45,207 nucleotides of DNA from a virus. The notes under the pieces were generated by a model. That model did no database searches. It was given only the letters and a program-made list of their open reading frames with translations, and was not told where the DNA came from. The translations under genes and the position numbers were made by a program. Below, piece after piece: positions 1-8,853 of this stretch. Within the stretch, counting starts at the first letter, position 1. Every line of letters starts with the position of its first letter. Location: the IMG/VR virus record IMGVR_UViG_3300022917_000005. The stretch is one strand, 5' to 3'.

Positions 1-127
1 AAAACCGGAGAAGCGGGAGATCCCTCCGTGGTGGTCTCCCAGAGCTGATATCCGGGACCTTCCGGAGGATCGATGCTCACCCACGCTTCGTAGAAGTTTT
101 CCTCCTCTTCCTCCGAAAGCCCGTCCG
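1..127. repeat. Terminal direct repeat copy 1 (circular-assembly overlap)
   Basis: Bases 1-127 recur exactly at 45081-45207. Unique length is 45080 bp and the contig closes into a circle. Confidence 0.9.
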
Positions 128-209
128 GCACTTCGGGGCAGTAGCCCCACCAGATTTCCCCGATGGGCTGATCGAAGTTGAGCGGCACCCTCTTAATCTC
201 GCGTCCCAT
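1..209 (-). CDS. Hypothetical protein, N-terminal part of a CDS that spans the circular junction (129 aa in total with 44900..45080)
   Basis: ATG at 209 (MGREIKRVPLNFDQPIGEIWWGYCPEV...) follows a GAGGGATGAG purine run. The frame runs off the window start and is continuous with ORF 44900..45160 through the overlap; 181+209 nt = 130 codons. Confidence 0.6.
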   Translation of the reverse strand, partial: MGREIKRVPLNFDQPIGEIWWGYCPEVPDGLSEEEEENFYEAWVSIDPPEGPGYQLWETTTEGSPASPV

Positions 210-289
210 TACTCATCCCTCATTCCGTCAACAATGACGAATCCCACCCAGTAGCTGAGCCACAGGATGGGAATCAACGTCAGAATCAT
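209..289 (-). CDS. Possible 26-aa hydrophobic micropeptide
   Basis: ATG at 289 overlaps the upstream stop (TGATG). It encodes MILTLIPILWLSYWVGFVIVDGMRDE, and its TAA overlaps the next ATG (TAATG). This is translational-coupling geometry only. Confidence 0.3.
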   Translation of the reverse strand: MILTLIPILWLSYWVGFVIVDGMRDE

Positions 290-498
290 CACTCAGGACC
301 GAAAGCCGCGTTTAGTGCTTCGCGGTCGCGCTTCTCCTTCAAGATCGAGCCCTTGCGCGTGAGCCCGAAGTTGAACCCGATCAGCCCCTCGCGCTTCAGC
401 TCCTCGCAGCCCGGCCCCTTGCGAACGGTTGCACCCTGCGCGCTGCCGGCCGCGGTGGCCAACCGATCCTCTGCGGTGGTGCTCAGCTTCTGTGTCAT
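289..498 (-). CDS. Hypothetical 69-aa protein, predicted leaderless
   Basis: ORF track. The ATG at 498 lies 6 nt downstream of the TAGACT -10 box of the motif promoter. Confidence 0.65.
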   Translation of the reverse strand: MTQKLSTTAEDRLATAAGSAQGATVRKGPGCEELKREGLIGFNFGLTRKGSILKEKRDREALNAAFGPE

Positions 499-536
499 GC
501 CATCAGTCTAAGCGCCCTCAGTCGAGATGTCAACTG
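499..536 (-). promoter_or_regulatory. Leaderless promoter with palindromic motif copy
   Basis: Minus strand reads CAGTTGACATCTCGACTG: TTGACA (533-528), 17-nt spacer, TAGACT (510-505), 6 nt, ATG (498). Confidence 0.65.
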
Positions 537-861
537 ACATTCCCGAGCACCGCCTACCGTTTTGTACCGCTTTGCAGTCTGCCCCGTGGAGCTTGCACCA
601 GCGAGGCGGAGAAGGCTCCACCCCCACCGAGGTATGCCCCCGACCCATTTCGCGCTCCAGCGCCTCGCTGAGGCGGCCGGCGAGCGCTTCTGCATCGGCC
701 AGGAGAGCAACCTCCTCCGCACCCTCCCGTTCCCTCAGGAAGTTGATGCAGATACGCACCCGACCCAGCGCCTGCTGCAACCGTCCTACGCGTCCCAACC
801 GCCCCAGGAACTCCGCGGGCGTCTCGTGCTTCAACTTCACGTCTCCAGTCATGCCGTCCAT
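508..861 (-). CDS. Hypothetical protein (117 aa; alternative start at 852)
   Basis: ORF track. The 3' end of the ORF contains the promoter of the next gene. The second ATG (852) is better spaced from the GAGAGGA run and the motif copy. Confidence 0.55.
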   Translation of the reverse strand: MDGMTGDVKLKHETPAEFLGRLGRVGRLQQALGRVRICINFLREREGAEEVALLADAEALAGRLSEALEREMGRGHTSVGVEPSPPRWCKLHGADCKAVQNGRRCSGMSVDISTEGA

Positions 862-892
862 CCTCTCAACTACTCAGTTCATATGTCAACTG
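862..892 (-). promoter_or_regulatory. Palindromic motif copy with a weaker -10; possible promoter
   Basis: Minus strand reads CAGTTGACATATGAACTG (892-875). TTGACA is followed after 18 nt by GAGGAT, then 7 nt to the ATG at 852. Confidence 0.4.
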
Positions 893-899
893 CCGCTCT

Positions 900-1125
900 C
901 TCTGCAAGATGTTCGCACCCCCCCGACGTACGCCACGTACCCCCCTAAGAGGGGGGGGTACTGTACGTGGCCTAGTTACGTGACTAGATGTTCGCAGCGT
1001 ACGCACCCGTTCGCACCGCAGGTCAGAGCCACGTACACAAGCGTACGTAGCGTACGCAGGGGGGTGTACGCACCCCCGTACGCAGCATGATCAACAAAGG
1101 GGGGTGCGTACACCCCCTGCGTACA
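900..1125. repeat. Iteron- and hairpin-rich non-coding region (candidate origin or regulatory array)
   Basis: At least 8 copies of (G/T)GTACGCA or CGTACG in both orientations. AGATGTTCGCA occurs twice. GC hairpins: GTACCCCCC-TAAGA-GGGGGGGGTAC (937-961), GGGGGTG-TACG-CACCCCC and GGGGGTG-CGTA-CACCCCC. C7 and G8 homopolymer runs. No convincing ORF. Confidence 0.6.
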
Positions 1126-3285
1126 TTAACCTTCAACCTTTTTTTCTCTGGATCTTGCCGAATCTTCCGCCTGATTCAGCTCCCCGAAGGCGAGCAGATC
1201 GAGCCCCCACCTCTGGCCGCCCAACGACACCGCCACCGCGTCCCCACCCGGCGCCCGCTTCTCCAGCACCTTCGTCCACGCCGTACTCCACGTGCTGCGT
1301 GCCAGCGCCTTCGAGTCGCCCCGATAGAAGCGCTCTACGACGCTCGCTCGCGCCTCAGACTTCGTGAGCCCCACCGAGCCACCCTGATCCCTCAGCACCT
1401 TCAGAAGGTGAACCTGAGCAGCCCCGTGGTGCGCCTCCCACGGCTCCACCTCTTCTGGCCGCCCCTCACCGGCCGCGATCTCGAAGGCATCGGAGATCAC
1501 CGCGAGCGAGGTGATGGGATCTCCGTCTTCGTCCACGCCCGTCACCACGCTCTTGAAGCGCAACGGGATGGGCGCCGCCTGCGGTAGATCCTTCTGCTTC
1601 TCCGTGCTCAGCGTGCCGGCGAGCCCCTCGCTCACCACCTTCAGCTCTGTGCTCTGTGCGCCATCGATCGCACTGCTGCCGCGAGCATCGCCGCCTTTGC
1701 GCCCCGTGTGGTGGACAGTCAGCACGCACGCGCCAGTCGCCTCCCTGGCCGCCCGCACCGCCTCGATGTAGATCCCCAGCTCCGTGGCGCTGTTCTCCTC
1801 CAATCCCACCGTCACCCGGGCCTGCGTATCGATCACCACCAGCACGGGCGCGATGCGCCGGCACGCTTCCACCAGTACCGCCCACGCTCCAATGTTCTTG
1901 GCCTGAACGGGCCGCGGGAGGATGTGCACGTTTTCCGGCATCACGCCGTGAAGCGACTCATATGCGGTGATTCGGTCTCCGATTCCACCAGCGCCCTCCG
2001 CTACGATGATCACCACCGCACCACCGTTGACCTTGCGCCCCTGCCACATTTTGCCGGCGGCTACGTGCCCCAGCATGTCCAGCGCCACGAACGACTTCTT
2101 GCTACCGGGCTCACCGATGATCCAGCTTTCGCTGTCCATGTTGAGCAGCCCTTTGATCAGGTAGCGGGGGCGCTCGCGCACCTTGATCTGCCCTGGCGTG
2201 AGCATCTCCGCCAGGAGTGCCTCCACCGCGTCTCCGGTCACCGGAGCACTCTCCACGCTCTCCGCCACCTGTACGGCCCGCCACGGGTCCCGCGGGGGCC
2301 TGGTGCCGTTTAGTACCGGCTTGAACTTCTCGGCGCTCCATGAGGCGTACGGGCCGTTTTCGTCATAGGCGGTATGTCCCAGATTGTCCCGCAGGATGGC
2401 ATATGCCACCTCCGCGCTCCAGAAGGTAGGCACGAAGTGCGAGAGCGCTACCGCGGCACGGTTGGCCCGCTCCTCGATCTCCCCCACGGGCGCCTCCCGC
2501 AGGGCATCGAGCGCGGGACGGAGAAACTCCTTCGCCTCCTCCTCCGTGAAGCTGCGCTCCTCGCGCACCGTGGCTGGCCCCGGCCCGAACAGGCTGCTCC
2601 CTCCGTCTCCCTCGCCGCTCACCTCCGGAGCGACTGCAGTCGGCGCGGGGAGTGGCTTCTCTGCCCGGGGAGACTTCGCCAGGATGCGGGCGCGGAGCAT
2701 CTCCCCCGAATCGTCTCCGTCTTCGTACTCCGCCACCTCCTCGAAATCGATCTCCTCCGCCCACGTGTACGGCACCAGCTCGCCCAACCGCGCCGGATCC
2801 TTGCTCCGGCGCACGGTGGGTGGAATCCACGCGAAGGCGCGTCCCTCTCCGTCCGCATCTCCGCCCTGATAGTCCAGTCCGGGCATGAATTTGTTGCACT
2901 CCCGCTCACGCAGGGGGGTGATGTAGAAGTGCTGCCCCCCGCCCGAGGTGAGCACGCGACCAAACACACGCGGCATGTGGCCGGCGTCGCGAATCTCCGC
3001 CAGCGACTCGTCTCCTCCGGCCCGGGGATCGTGATCGAGCACATCGAGGCGCCATCCACCGATGGCCGCGAGTGCCCACCCGGGACGCCAGCGATCCAGC
3101 TGCCTCAGTGAGGGAGTGATCTTCTGCCATGCCCGCGGCAGATGCCAGTCATTCTTGGCGTGCCCGGGTGTCTTGCATCCGTCCGGGCACGGGGCAGCGG
3201 CGAACACGGGAATCCCCGCCTCCACGAGAGCCCGCGCAATATCCAGCGCCTTGCGCTGCTCCGGGGTAACCTCTTCGTCGCTCAT
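1126..3285 (-). CDS. Bifunctional primase-polymerase / RepA-DnaB-like helicase
   Basis: 719-aa ORF. The N-terminus looks prim-pol-like (ALVEAGIPVFAAAP...HLPRAWQ). It has a P-loop GEPGSKKS and a Walker-B-like VLVVIDTQ. An SD-like AGGAGATAGGGGAA precedes the ATG. Confidence 0.8.
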   Translation of the reverse strand: MSDEEVTPEQRKALDIARALVEAGIPVFAAAPCPDGCKTPGHAKNDWHLPRAWQKITPSLRQLDRWRPGWALAAIGGWRLDVLDHDPRAGGDESLAEIRDAGHMPRVFGRVLTSGGGQHFYITPLRERECNKFMPGLDYQGGDADGEGRAFAWIPPTVRRSKDPARLGELVPYTWAEEIDFEEVAEYEDGDDSGEMLRARILAKSPRAEKPLPAPTAVAPEVSGEGDGGSSLFGPGPATVREERSFTEEEAKEFLRPALDALREAPVGEIEERANRAAVALSHFVPTFWSAEVAYAILRDNLGHTAYDENGPYASWSAEKFKPVLNGTRPPRDPWRAVQVAESVESAPVTGDAVEALLAEMLTPGQIKVRERPRYLIKGLLNMDSESWIIGEPGSKKSFVALDMLGHVAAGKMWQGRKVNGGAVVIIVAEGAGGIGDRITAYESLHGVMPENVHILPRPVQAKNIGAWAVLVEACRRIAPVLVVIDTQARVTVGLEENSATELGIYIEAVRAAREATGACVLTVHHTGRKGGDARGSSAIDGAQSTELKVVSEGLAGTLSTEKQKDLPQAAPIPLRFKSVVTGVDEDGDPITSLAVISDAFEIAAGEGRPEEVEPWEAHHGAAQVHLLKVLRDQGGSVGLTKSEARASVVERFYRGDSKALARSTWSTAWTKVLEKRAPGGDAVAVSLGGQRWGLDLLAFGELNQAEDSARSREKKVEG

Positions 3286-3337
3286 GCTATGATTCCCCTA
3301 TCTCCTGCTTGTGGTGAGCAGAGCGCTGTGACAAACG

Positions 3338-3367
3338 ATGGCCACCCTTCCGCCAGGGGGTGGCCAT
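3338..3367 (-). terminator. Hairpin downstream of CDS 3371..3625
   Basis: ATGGCCACCC / GGGTGGCCAT 10-bp stem followed on the minus strand by CGTTTGT. Confidence 0.45.
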
Positions 3368-3370
3368 TCG

Positions 3371-3625
3371 TCATTTCGGACCGAAGGTGAACGCGTAGCC
3401 GAGCATGGCACCCTGAAACACCTTCCCGTTCGGGCCACCATCGAGCATCGGCTTCCCGTCCTGCCATGCCACGACGCGATACGTCTCCCCCAGGTAGTTC
3501 GTGGCGTAGCACTGGCCGTAGCCCTGCACCTCGCCGCTCTGCTCCAGCCGCTTCACGAACCATCCCGCGGCGCGCAGCTTCTCCGCCATTTCAACTTCTG
3601 TCAGTTCCATTGCTCCCCATCTCAT
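3371..3625 (-). CDS. Hypothetical protein (84 aa; alternative start at 3610)
   Basis: ORF track; non-repetitive protein-like composition (MELTEVEMAEKLRAAGWFVKRLEQSG...). Confidence 0.6.
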   Translation of the reverse strand: MRWGAMELTEVEMAEKLRAAGWFVKRLEQSGEVQGYGQCYATNYLGETYRVVAWQDGKPMLDGGPNGKVFQGAMLGYAFTFGPK

Positions 3626-3681
3626 CTACTGACGAAGACGGCGCGAGCCGTAGCCCGCGCCGCACCCCTCCTGATCGAACG

Positions 3682-4038
3682 CTACGCCTTGCCCGGCTTC
3701 GCATCCGCGTGCCACGGGAACGAAGCACGCCACTTGCCTTCCGCTGTCTTCAGGTCTGCGATGCGCATCGGCCGGCGCGTGGGCTGCCCTTCGAGGAAGG
3801 GCCGCGTGCGCACGGTAGTCATCTCCTGAAGCGCCTCGAGACGCCCGACCTTCATCGCGTCGAGCGCGCCCCACAACTCGTTCAGGATCCCCGCGTGCCC
3901 CGCGTTCATCGCCGGCAACTGCGCCTCGATGAGCTGCCGCGCCACCTCCGCCTGCGCTTCCTGCCGCACCACCGCGAGCGCCAGCACGCCCTCCTTGGTG
4001 TGCGGAGAGAGCAGGATTTGCTGTCCGACTTTTGCCAT
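3682..4038 (-). CDS. Hypothetical protein (118 aa), first gene of the minus arm
   Basis: ATG at 4038 (MAKVGQQILLSPHTKEG...) follows GGAAAGGAAG. The ORF-track start at 4122 is a TTG inside the operator region. Confidence 0.6.
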   Translation of the reverse strand: MAKVGQQILLSPHTKEGVLALAVVRQEAQAEVARQLIEAQLPAMNAGHAGILNELWGALDAMKVGRLEALQEMTTVRTRPFLEGQPTRRPMRIADLKTAEGKWRASFPWHADAKPGKA

Positions 4039-4108
4039 GATCTTCCTTTCCATCACCCGGACAGCCCTTCCTGGCCGCCTCCCTGTGGCTGCAATCATGG
4101 CACGTAAC

Positions 4109-4162
4109 CAGTTGAGATACAACCTAGGTCGTGCTACCTTGACGTAGTCGAGATTTCAACTG
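4109..4162. promoter_or_regulatory. Divergent promoter/operator region with two motif copies
   Basis: Plus strand: TTGAGA (4112-4117), 17 nt, TACCTT (4135-4140). Minus strand: TTGAAA (4159-4154), 17 nt, TAGCAC (4136-4131). Motif copies at 4109-4126 and 4146-4162. Confidence 0.55.
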
Positions 4163-4176
4163 AAGGGAGCGCTCAG

Positions 4177-4416
4177 GTGGACTGGGTACGGAATGCGACT
4201 ACGGGGCATTACTACGCCCGTGACGATCAGGAGCGCCCCACGCGGATTTACAAGATCACGCGGCAGGCGTACGGCAAGACAGGATGGACGTTCACCGCGT
4301 ACTTCCGCGCCTTCGGCAAGATAAACGAGGAGTTCGAGCGCATCCCGCTCTCCTTCTCCAGCCGGCTGAAGGATGCGAAGGCGTACGCCGAAAAGCACCT
4401 GAAGGAGTCGAAGTGA
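4177..4416 (+). CDS. Hypothetical protein (79 aa), first gene of the plus arm
   Basis: GTG start follows GAAGGGAG; ORF track. Confidence 0.6.
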   Translation: MDWVRNATTGHYYARDDQERPTRIYKITRQAYGKTGWTFTAYFRAFGKINEEFERIPLSFSSRLKDAKAYAEKHLKESK

Positions 4417-4601
4417 ACTTCGAGAAGGCTACGGCGTGGGTGATGGTGGCGTTGCTGCTGTTCGTCTTCACGGCCGTCATCCTGTGCAAGGCCCTGTGGC
4501 AGAGCATGGGCGCGGACTTCCCGGCCAGCGATGCCGCGCTCGCGTGCGGCCCGCTCGGCGGGGGCATCGCGTGCCTGATCCACGCGGGGAGGCTGAAGTG
4601 A
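4413..4601 (+). CDS. Small membrane protein (62 aa)
   Basis: GTGA start/stop overlap. Hydrophobic segment WVMVALLLFVFTAVILC. Confidence 0.5.
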   Translation: MNFEKATAWVMVALLLFVFTAVILCKALWQSMGADFPASDAALACGPLGGGIACLIHAGRLK

Positions 4602-5272
4602 GCGAGCTTTCCGATTACCTCGCGGAGTACGCCGAAGGTGTGGTACAGGAGTGGATGCGCCTCATCGACATTCCTGATGACATTCAGGCGCGCGTGACGT
4701 GGCTTGGCGACGATGAGTTCCGGTTGGAGATGATGGATCGCGCGGAGATTGGGCACTTCCGCCTGAAGGTCACCGTGGAGCCCGTGGACGTTCCCCCGAT
4801 CGGCCCGGAGAATGATCCGGCGCAGATCGAGGAGATGAAGGATTCTTCCTGCTCGATCTGCGGGCGCATCCTCGCTCAGCCCGAAGATCCGCTTTCCGTG
4901 GACTGCGGCGGAGACTGTCTCGGTTGCATGATCGAAGCCGAGAAGCAGATGGACACCACCCCAGACGAGTGGGTGGCGAGCACGTGGGCCATGACGGCGC
5001 TGGGTGACCGGGTGCGCATCGGGGAGAGCGAAGCCGTCATCGAGGGTTTCTCGCGCCTCCCCTGGCACAGCATCATCGAGAAGTCTTTCCACAAGCCGGA
5101 TGGCAAGTGGTGGGACAGTGTGAAGCCGTTCGAGCACACTCAGATCCACGTGAAGCTCGCGCACCTTCCCGAGGTGCTCTCGCTGCCGGCGACCGGAGAG
5201 GTGGAGATTCTCTGTTCCGTGACGCGCAAGGCGATGCTCGCTTTGGGCGGCACGTTTCCTGCGTCAGAGTGA
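4598..5272 (+). CDS. Hypothetical protein with a Cys cluster
   Basis: GTGA overlap start (VSELSDYLAEYAEG...). Contains CSICG...CGGDCLGC. Confidence 0.6.
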   Translation: MSELSDYLAEYAEGVVQEWMRLIDIPDDIQARVTWLGDDEFRLEMMDRAEIGHFRLKVTVEPVDVPPIGPENDPAQIEEMKDSSCSICGRILAQPEDPLSVDCGGDCLGCMIEAEKQMDTTPDEWVASTWAMTALGDRVRIGESEAVIEGFSRLPWHSIIEKSFHKPDGKWWDSVKPFEHTQIHVKLAHLPEVLSLPATGEVEILCSVTRKAMLALGGTFPASE

Positions 5273-5282
5273 GAACGGTGGG

Positions 5283-5423
5283 GTGGAGTGCTGCGAACGC
5301 TTCTGCAAGGTTTGCGGCCCCACTCTCCTCGATCGAGAAAAGGGCATCACCGGTAGCCCTCTGGCGGATTACCGGGAGCATCAGCGCAAGGCGCTGGACT
5401 ACCGAAGGGCGAACAAGCTGTGA
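5283..5423 (+). CDS. Possible 46-aa Cys-rich protein
   Basis: GTG start; encodes VECCERFCKVCGPTLLDREKG...; its stop overlaps the Nudix GTG (GTGA). It fills an otherwise empty 147-nt gap. Confidence 0.45.
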   Translation: MECCERFCKVCGPTLLDREKGITGSPLADYREHQRKALDYRRANKL

Positions 5424-5902
5424 TCACCTCAAACACGCGCCACCTCACGGCATCGATGGTGGTGCTCGATCCCGATGCAGCTGCGGTGCTGCTCATCTGG
5501 CACAAGGCAACCGGCAAGTGGATGTTCCCCGGCGGCCACGTCGATGAGAACGAAACCCCCGCGGAGGCGGCTCTCCGCGAGGTGCGCGAGGAGACGGGGA
5601 TGATCCCGGGGCTCTCCGTCCCTTCCCTCATCCTCACCCCCGGGGCGAAGTGGTGCCCTGCTCCATGGCTCGTGGCCGAACACCCCGCGCCGGCGAAGCC
5701 ACACAAGGGTGAGCCGGCACATCACCATATCGATGAGCTGTTCATCGGGATCGCAGACTCGCGCATCCCGCTGCCCATCACCAACGATGAAGGCGCCCCC
5801 GAAGCAATGTGGGTTCCCATCGCTGATCTCCCATCCCTCAACACCCGCGCCGATGTCCCCCACCTCGCCCCCCTGGCGCTGCGTGAGGTGCTGACGCGAT
5901 GA
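5420..5902 (+). CDS. Nudix (MutT-like) hydrolase
   Basis: GGHVDENETPAEAALREVREETG matches the Nudix box GX5EX7REUXEEXGU. Confidence 0.85.
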   Translation: MITSNTRHLTASMVVLDPDAAAVLLIWHKATGKWMFPGGHVDENETPAEAALREVREETGMIPGLSVPSLILTPGAKWCPAPWLVAEHPAPAKPHKGEPAHHHIDELFIGIADSRIPLPITNDEGAPEAMWVPIADLPSLNTRADVPHLAPLALREVLTR

Positions 5903-6474
5903 GCGATGACATGTGGGAGAGGATGACGCGCCTTCTGGCGCCCCAGGATCGAGACGCCCGTTTCCCCCAGAGGTGCCACATCGGCAGCGAAGCGTGGGAT
6001 GCACTGCGTGAACACGCGAAGGTACCGGCGCAGCCCTTCGGCTACGTTAATCAGTTCTACGGCGTGCCCATCGTGCTGGACGAGAGCTATCCGCCTGACA
6101 TCTGGCGCATCCTCGATCAGCACGGCGAGGAGATGGCTAGCGGCTCCTCACGCTTCCTCCTCTCGAAGGCGGATCTCGATGCTCGTCTTCAGGATGCCGA
6201 TGAGCACGGTGGTGGACCGGAATATGATTGCTGGGGCGTGGGTAGTCCCGATGGCCCATGCGGTGGATGCGGGCGCTGCTTTCGGATGATGGAAAGCCAC
6301 TACTTCGAAAAGTCGCGAGTGGAGGCGGCGCACTATCACGCCGCGGGCTTCGAATGGGCGCCCTACGCCATCGACCTCGGCCACTTTCCCGGCTTCGGTG
6401 GATATCACGAGAGCTACGGGTGCGCGATGGCCAAGGAGCGCCCCTTCGGCATGTTCCCGTGGGAGAAGCTGTGA
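5899..6474 (+). CDS. Hypothetical protein (191 aa)
   Basis: ATGA overlap start; ORF track. Confidence 0.65.
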   Translation: MSDDMWERMTRLLAPQDRDARFPQRCHIGSEAWDALREHAKVPAQPFGYVNQFYGVPIVLDESYPPDIWRILDQHGEEMASGSSRFLLSKADLDARLQDADEHGGGPEYDCWGVGSPDGPCGGCGRCFRMMESHYFEKSRVEAAHYHAAGFEWAPYAIDLGHFPGFGGYHESYGCAMAKERPFGMFPWEKL

Positions 6475-8270
6475 GTGCTCTGCTCAAACTCCGTGATTAT
6501 CAGACGGAGACGATTCGCGCTCTGCATCAGCGGTGGGACGCTGGTGCGGGGCGCGTTCCCAGCGTGCTCGCCACGGGGCTCGGCAAAACGGTGATCTTCG
6601 CGCATCTCATCGCGGAGCACCTCGATGCGCATCCGCTCGATCGCGCGCTGGTGCTGGTGCACACGGACGAGCTGGCGCTTCAGGCTGCCAAGAAGATGCG
6701 CGAGGTTGCTCCGCATCTCTCCGTGGGCATCGTGAAGGCGGAGCGCAACGAGGTGGCCGCCCGGGTGCTCATCGGCAGCGTGCAGACGCTCCGCAATCCG
6801 AAGCGCCTCGCGCAGGTACGCCGCGTCTCCCTGATCGTGGTAGACGAATGCCATCACGCGGTGGCCACCACCTATCAGACGATCCTCCGTGGGCTCGATG
6901 CTCCAGGGCAACGCGTGGCCGGCTTCACGGCAACGCTGGCCCGCGGAGACAAGCTGAAGCTCTCCGACATCTGGGAGGAGCCCGCCGTCACCTACGGCAT
7001 CTCCTTCGGTATCCGCCGCGGCTATCTCCTCGATGTCCGGGGCAAGCGGATCGTGATCCCCGATCTCAACCTCTCCAACGTGCGCAAGCAAGGAGGAGAC
7101 TTCGCAGACGGAGCACTGGCCACGGAGATGGATCGGGCGCTCGCTCCGGAGAAGATCGCGGAGGGGTGGCTGGAGCACGCCAGCGACCGCAAGGGCATCG
7201 CCTTCTGGCCCACGGTGGAGATGGCGGAGCACGGGGAGAAAGCCTTCCTCAACCTTGGGATTCCCAGCGAGACCATTCACGGCAAGCTGGGGCGCGAGGA
7301 GCGTCGGGCCATGCTCCGGCGCCTGCGCTCCGGCGAGACGCAGGTAATCCACGGCGTGGGGGTGCTCACGGAGGGATTCGATGATCCCACCATCTCCTGC
7401 GTGGGGATCTTCCGCCCTACGCGCAGCGCTCCGCTGTATCAGCAGATGGTGGGACGCGGGCTCCGTCCGGATCTGGAGCTGCCGGCCGCGGAGCGCGGGG
7501 ATTGCCTGGTGCTCGAAGCGGTGGGCGCCGGCGCGCAGCACGATCTCCGTACTCTCGTGGATCTCTCCGAGCACAAGCCGGATGACGCGGTGGAGATGGA
7601 TGAGGAGCTGACGCTCCTCGGCATGGAGGAGATGTGGGAGGAGGAGGAGAAGGAGAGCGCGAGTGCGGGTGGGTGGCCAGAGGAGGAGGCGTGGGACGGA
7701 GACACGGAAACCGTTGATTTCGATCCTCTGGGGAGAACTACTCCCGGAGCGTGGCTGCATACCTTCGAGGGGCACTACTTCCTCCCCATCGGCCGCCGCG
7801 CCTACGCGCTCATCGTGCCTTCGGAGGAGCCCGGACGCTGGGATGTGGCGTGGATCGTCAAGGAGCCCGGGCAATACGGCTACCTCTCCTGTCCCGCGGC
7901 CACCAGCTACCCGAAGCGCTTCGGGCGCTCGCGCTGGTGCGGATGCGGGGAGAAGCACGAGGGGAGCATCGGCGCGCTCACGGAGCACCGCGGGCTCTCC
8001 TTGGAGATGGCGTGCAGTTGGGCGGAGGAGGTGATGGAGGAGGTGGCCGGCAAGGCGCTCGCAGCCAGGGTAGGGCACGCTGCCGCGGAGTGGCGCGGGC
8101 AGCGCCCGAACATCACCCTCTTGCGCGAAGCGTGGGATCTCTCCATCCCAGTCTCCACCACACGCGGGATGACCAAAGGGGAGTTGACTGATACAGTTGA
8201 GATATTGACTGCCAGCAAGCGCATTGATCCGGTAGTCCAGTTCATGATGATGAGCAGGGATGGGGAATGA
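6471..8270 (+). CDS. SF2 DEAD/DEAH-box DNA helicase
   Basis: GTGA overlap start. Motifs ATGLGKT (I), DECHH (II) and QQMVGRGLR (VI). Confidence 0.85.
   Translation: MSALLKLRDYQTETIRALHQRWDAGAGRVPSVLATGLGKTVIFAHLIAEHLDAHPLDRALVLVHTDELALQAAKKMREVAPHLSVGIVKAERNEVAARVLIGSVQTLRNPKRLAQVRRVSLIVVDECHHAVATTYQTILRGLDAPGQRVAGFTATLARGDKLKLSDIWEEPAVTYGISFGIRRGYLLDVRGKRIVIPDLNLSNVRKQGGDFADGALATEMDRALAPEKIAEGWLEHASDRKGIAFWPTVEMAEHGEKAFLNLGIPSETIHGKLGREERRAMLRRLRSGETQVIHGVGVLTEGFDDPTISCVGIFRPTRSAPLYQQMVGRGLRPDLELPAAERGDCLVLEAVGAGAQHDLRTLVDLSEHKPDDAVEMDEELTLLGMEEMWEEEEKESASAGGWPEEEAWDGDTETVDFDPLGRTTPGAWLHTFEGHYFLPIGRRAYALIVPSEEPGRWDVAWIVKEPGQYGYLSCPAATSYPKRFGRSRWCGCGEKHEGSIGALTEHRGLSLEMACSWAEEVMEEVAGKALAARVGHAAAEWRGQRPNITLLREAWDLSIPVSTTRGMTKGELTDTVEILTASKRIDPVVQFMMMSRDGE
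8194..8211. repeat. Palindromic motif copy inside the helicase CDS
   Basis: CAGTTGAGATATTGACTG. Confidence 0.5.
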
Positions 8271-8569
8271 TGTTGCGGCCATTGGACGAAATCGCCGGAG
8301 CGCTGTGGAAAAACAAGGTAGAGAAGGGATTCAACACCACGGATGTCCCGCTGGAGTTCTGCCTCCTGATTGCGGAGGTGGGCGAAGCTTTCGACGCATG
8401 GCGCAAAGGTGGAGACGTGGCGCCGGAGCTGGCGGATGTCCTCCTGTTCACGCTTTCGCTGGCGCACATGCTCGATGTGGATTTGGTGACCGCGGCTGAC
8501 GAGAAGATGCGCGTGAACGTGGCACGAACGTACGTGACCGGACCACAGGGTTTGAAGATCAAGGAGTAG
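8267..8569 (+). CDS. MazG-like nucleotide pyrophosphohydrolase
   Basis: 100 aa; EVGEAFDAWRK...ELADVLLFTLSLA is typical of MazG EXXE/EXXD helices. Confidence 0.7.
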   Translation: MMLRPLDEIAGALWKNKVEKGFNTTDVPLEFCLLIAEVGEAFDAWRKGGDVAPELADVLLFTLSLAHMLDVDLVTAADEKMRVNVARTYVTGPQGLKIKE

Positions 8570-8571
8570 GG

Positions 8572-8853
8572 ATGGATTTCGAGCAGAAGCACATGGATGC
8601 GTATACCAGCGGCGCTACGCGGGGCGGCGAAATCAACTGGGCGGAGCGCGAGGATAACAAGGGAGTGGCCGCCGTCCTGTCCATCATTGACCCCGCCCCC
8701 GCCGATGCCACGATCCTCGTGGATGGCGAAGGCAGCGAGTGGGTGCGCAACAACGAAGATCCAATGATGTGGTATTCCGTTTTCCCGCATGGGTCGCTGG
8801 CGCGCACCGCGGTCTACATCATCGAGAAGTGGGGGCTGAAGGAATGGAGCTGA
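8572..8853 (+). CDS. Hypothetical protein (93 aa)
   Basis: ORF track; tight spacing after the previous stop. Confidence 0.6.
   Translation: MDFEQKHMDAYTSGATRGGEINWAEREDNKGVAAVLSIIDPAPADATILVDGEGSEWVRNNEDPMMWYSVFPHGSLARTAVYIIEKWGLKEWS

Noticed and set aside
1-127. Biological direct terminal repeats of the virion DNA.
   Set aside because: An exact 127-bp overlap that interrupts a reading frame is what assemblers produce for circular or circularly permuted genomes. It is kept only as an assembly-closure signal.
6414-8282. Very long antisense ORFs, for example 6414..8282(-) 622 aa, 15072..16340(-) 422 aa, 34400..35674(+) 424 aa and 26233..27270(+) 345 aa.
   Set aside because: They mirror well-supported genes (helicase, FtsK-like, capsid, tape measure). 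Their Arg/Gly/Ala/Pro-rich composition is typical of off-frame translation in GC-rich DNA, and they lack start-site signals.
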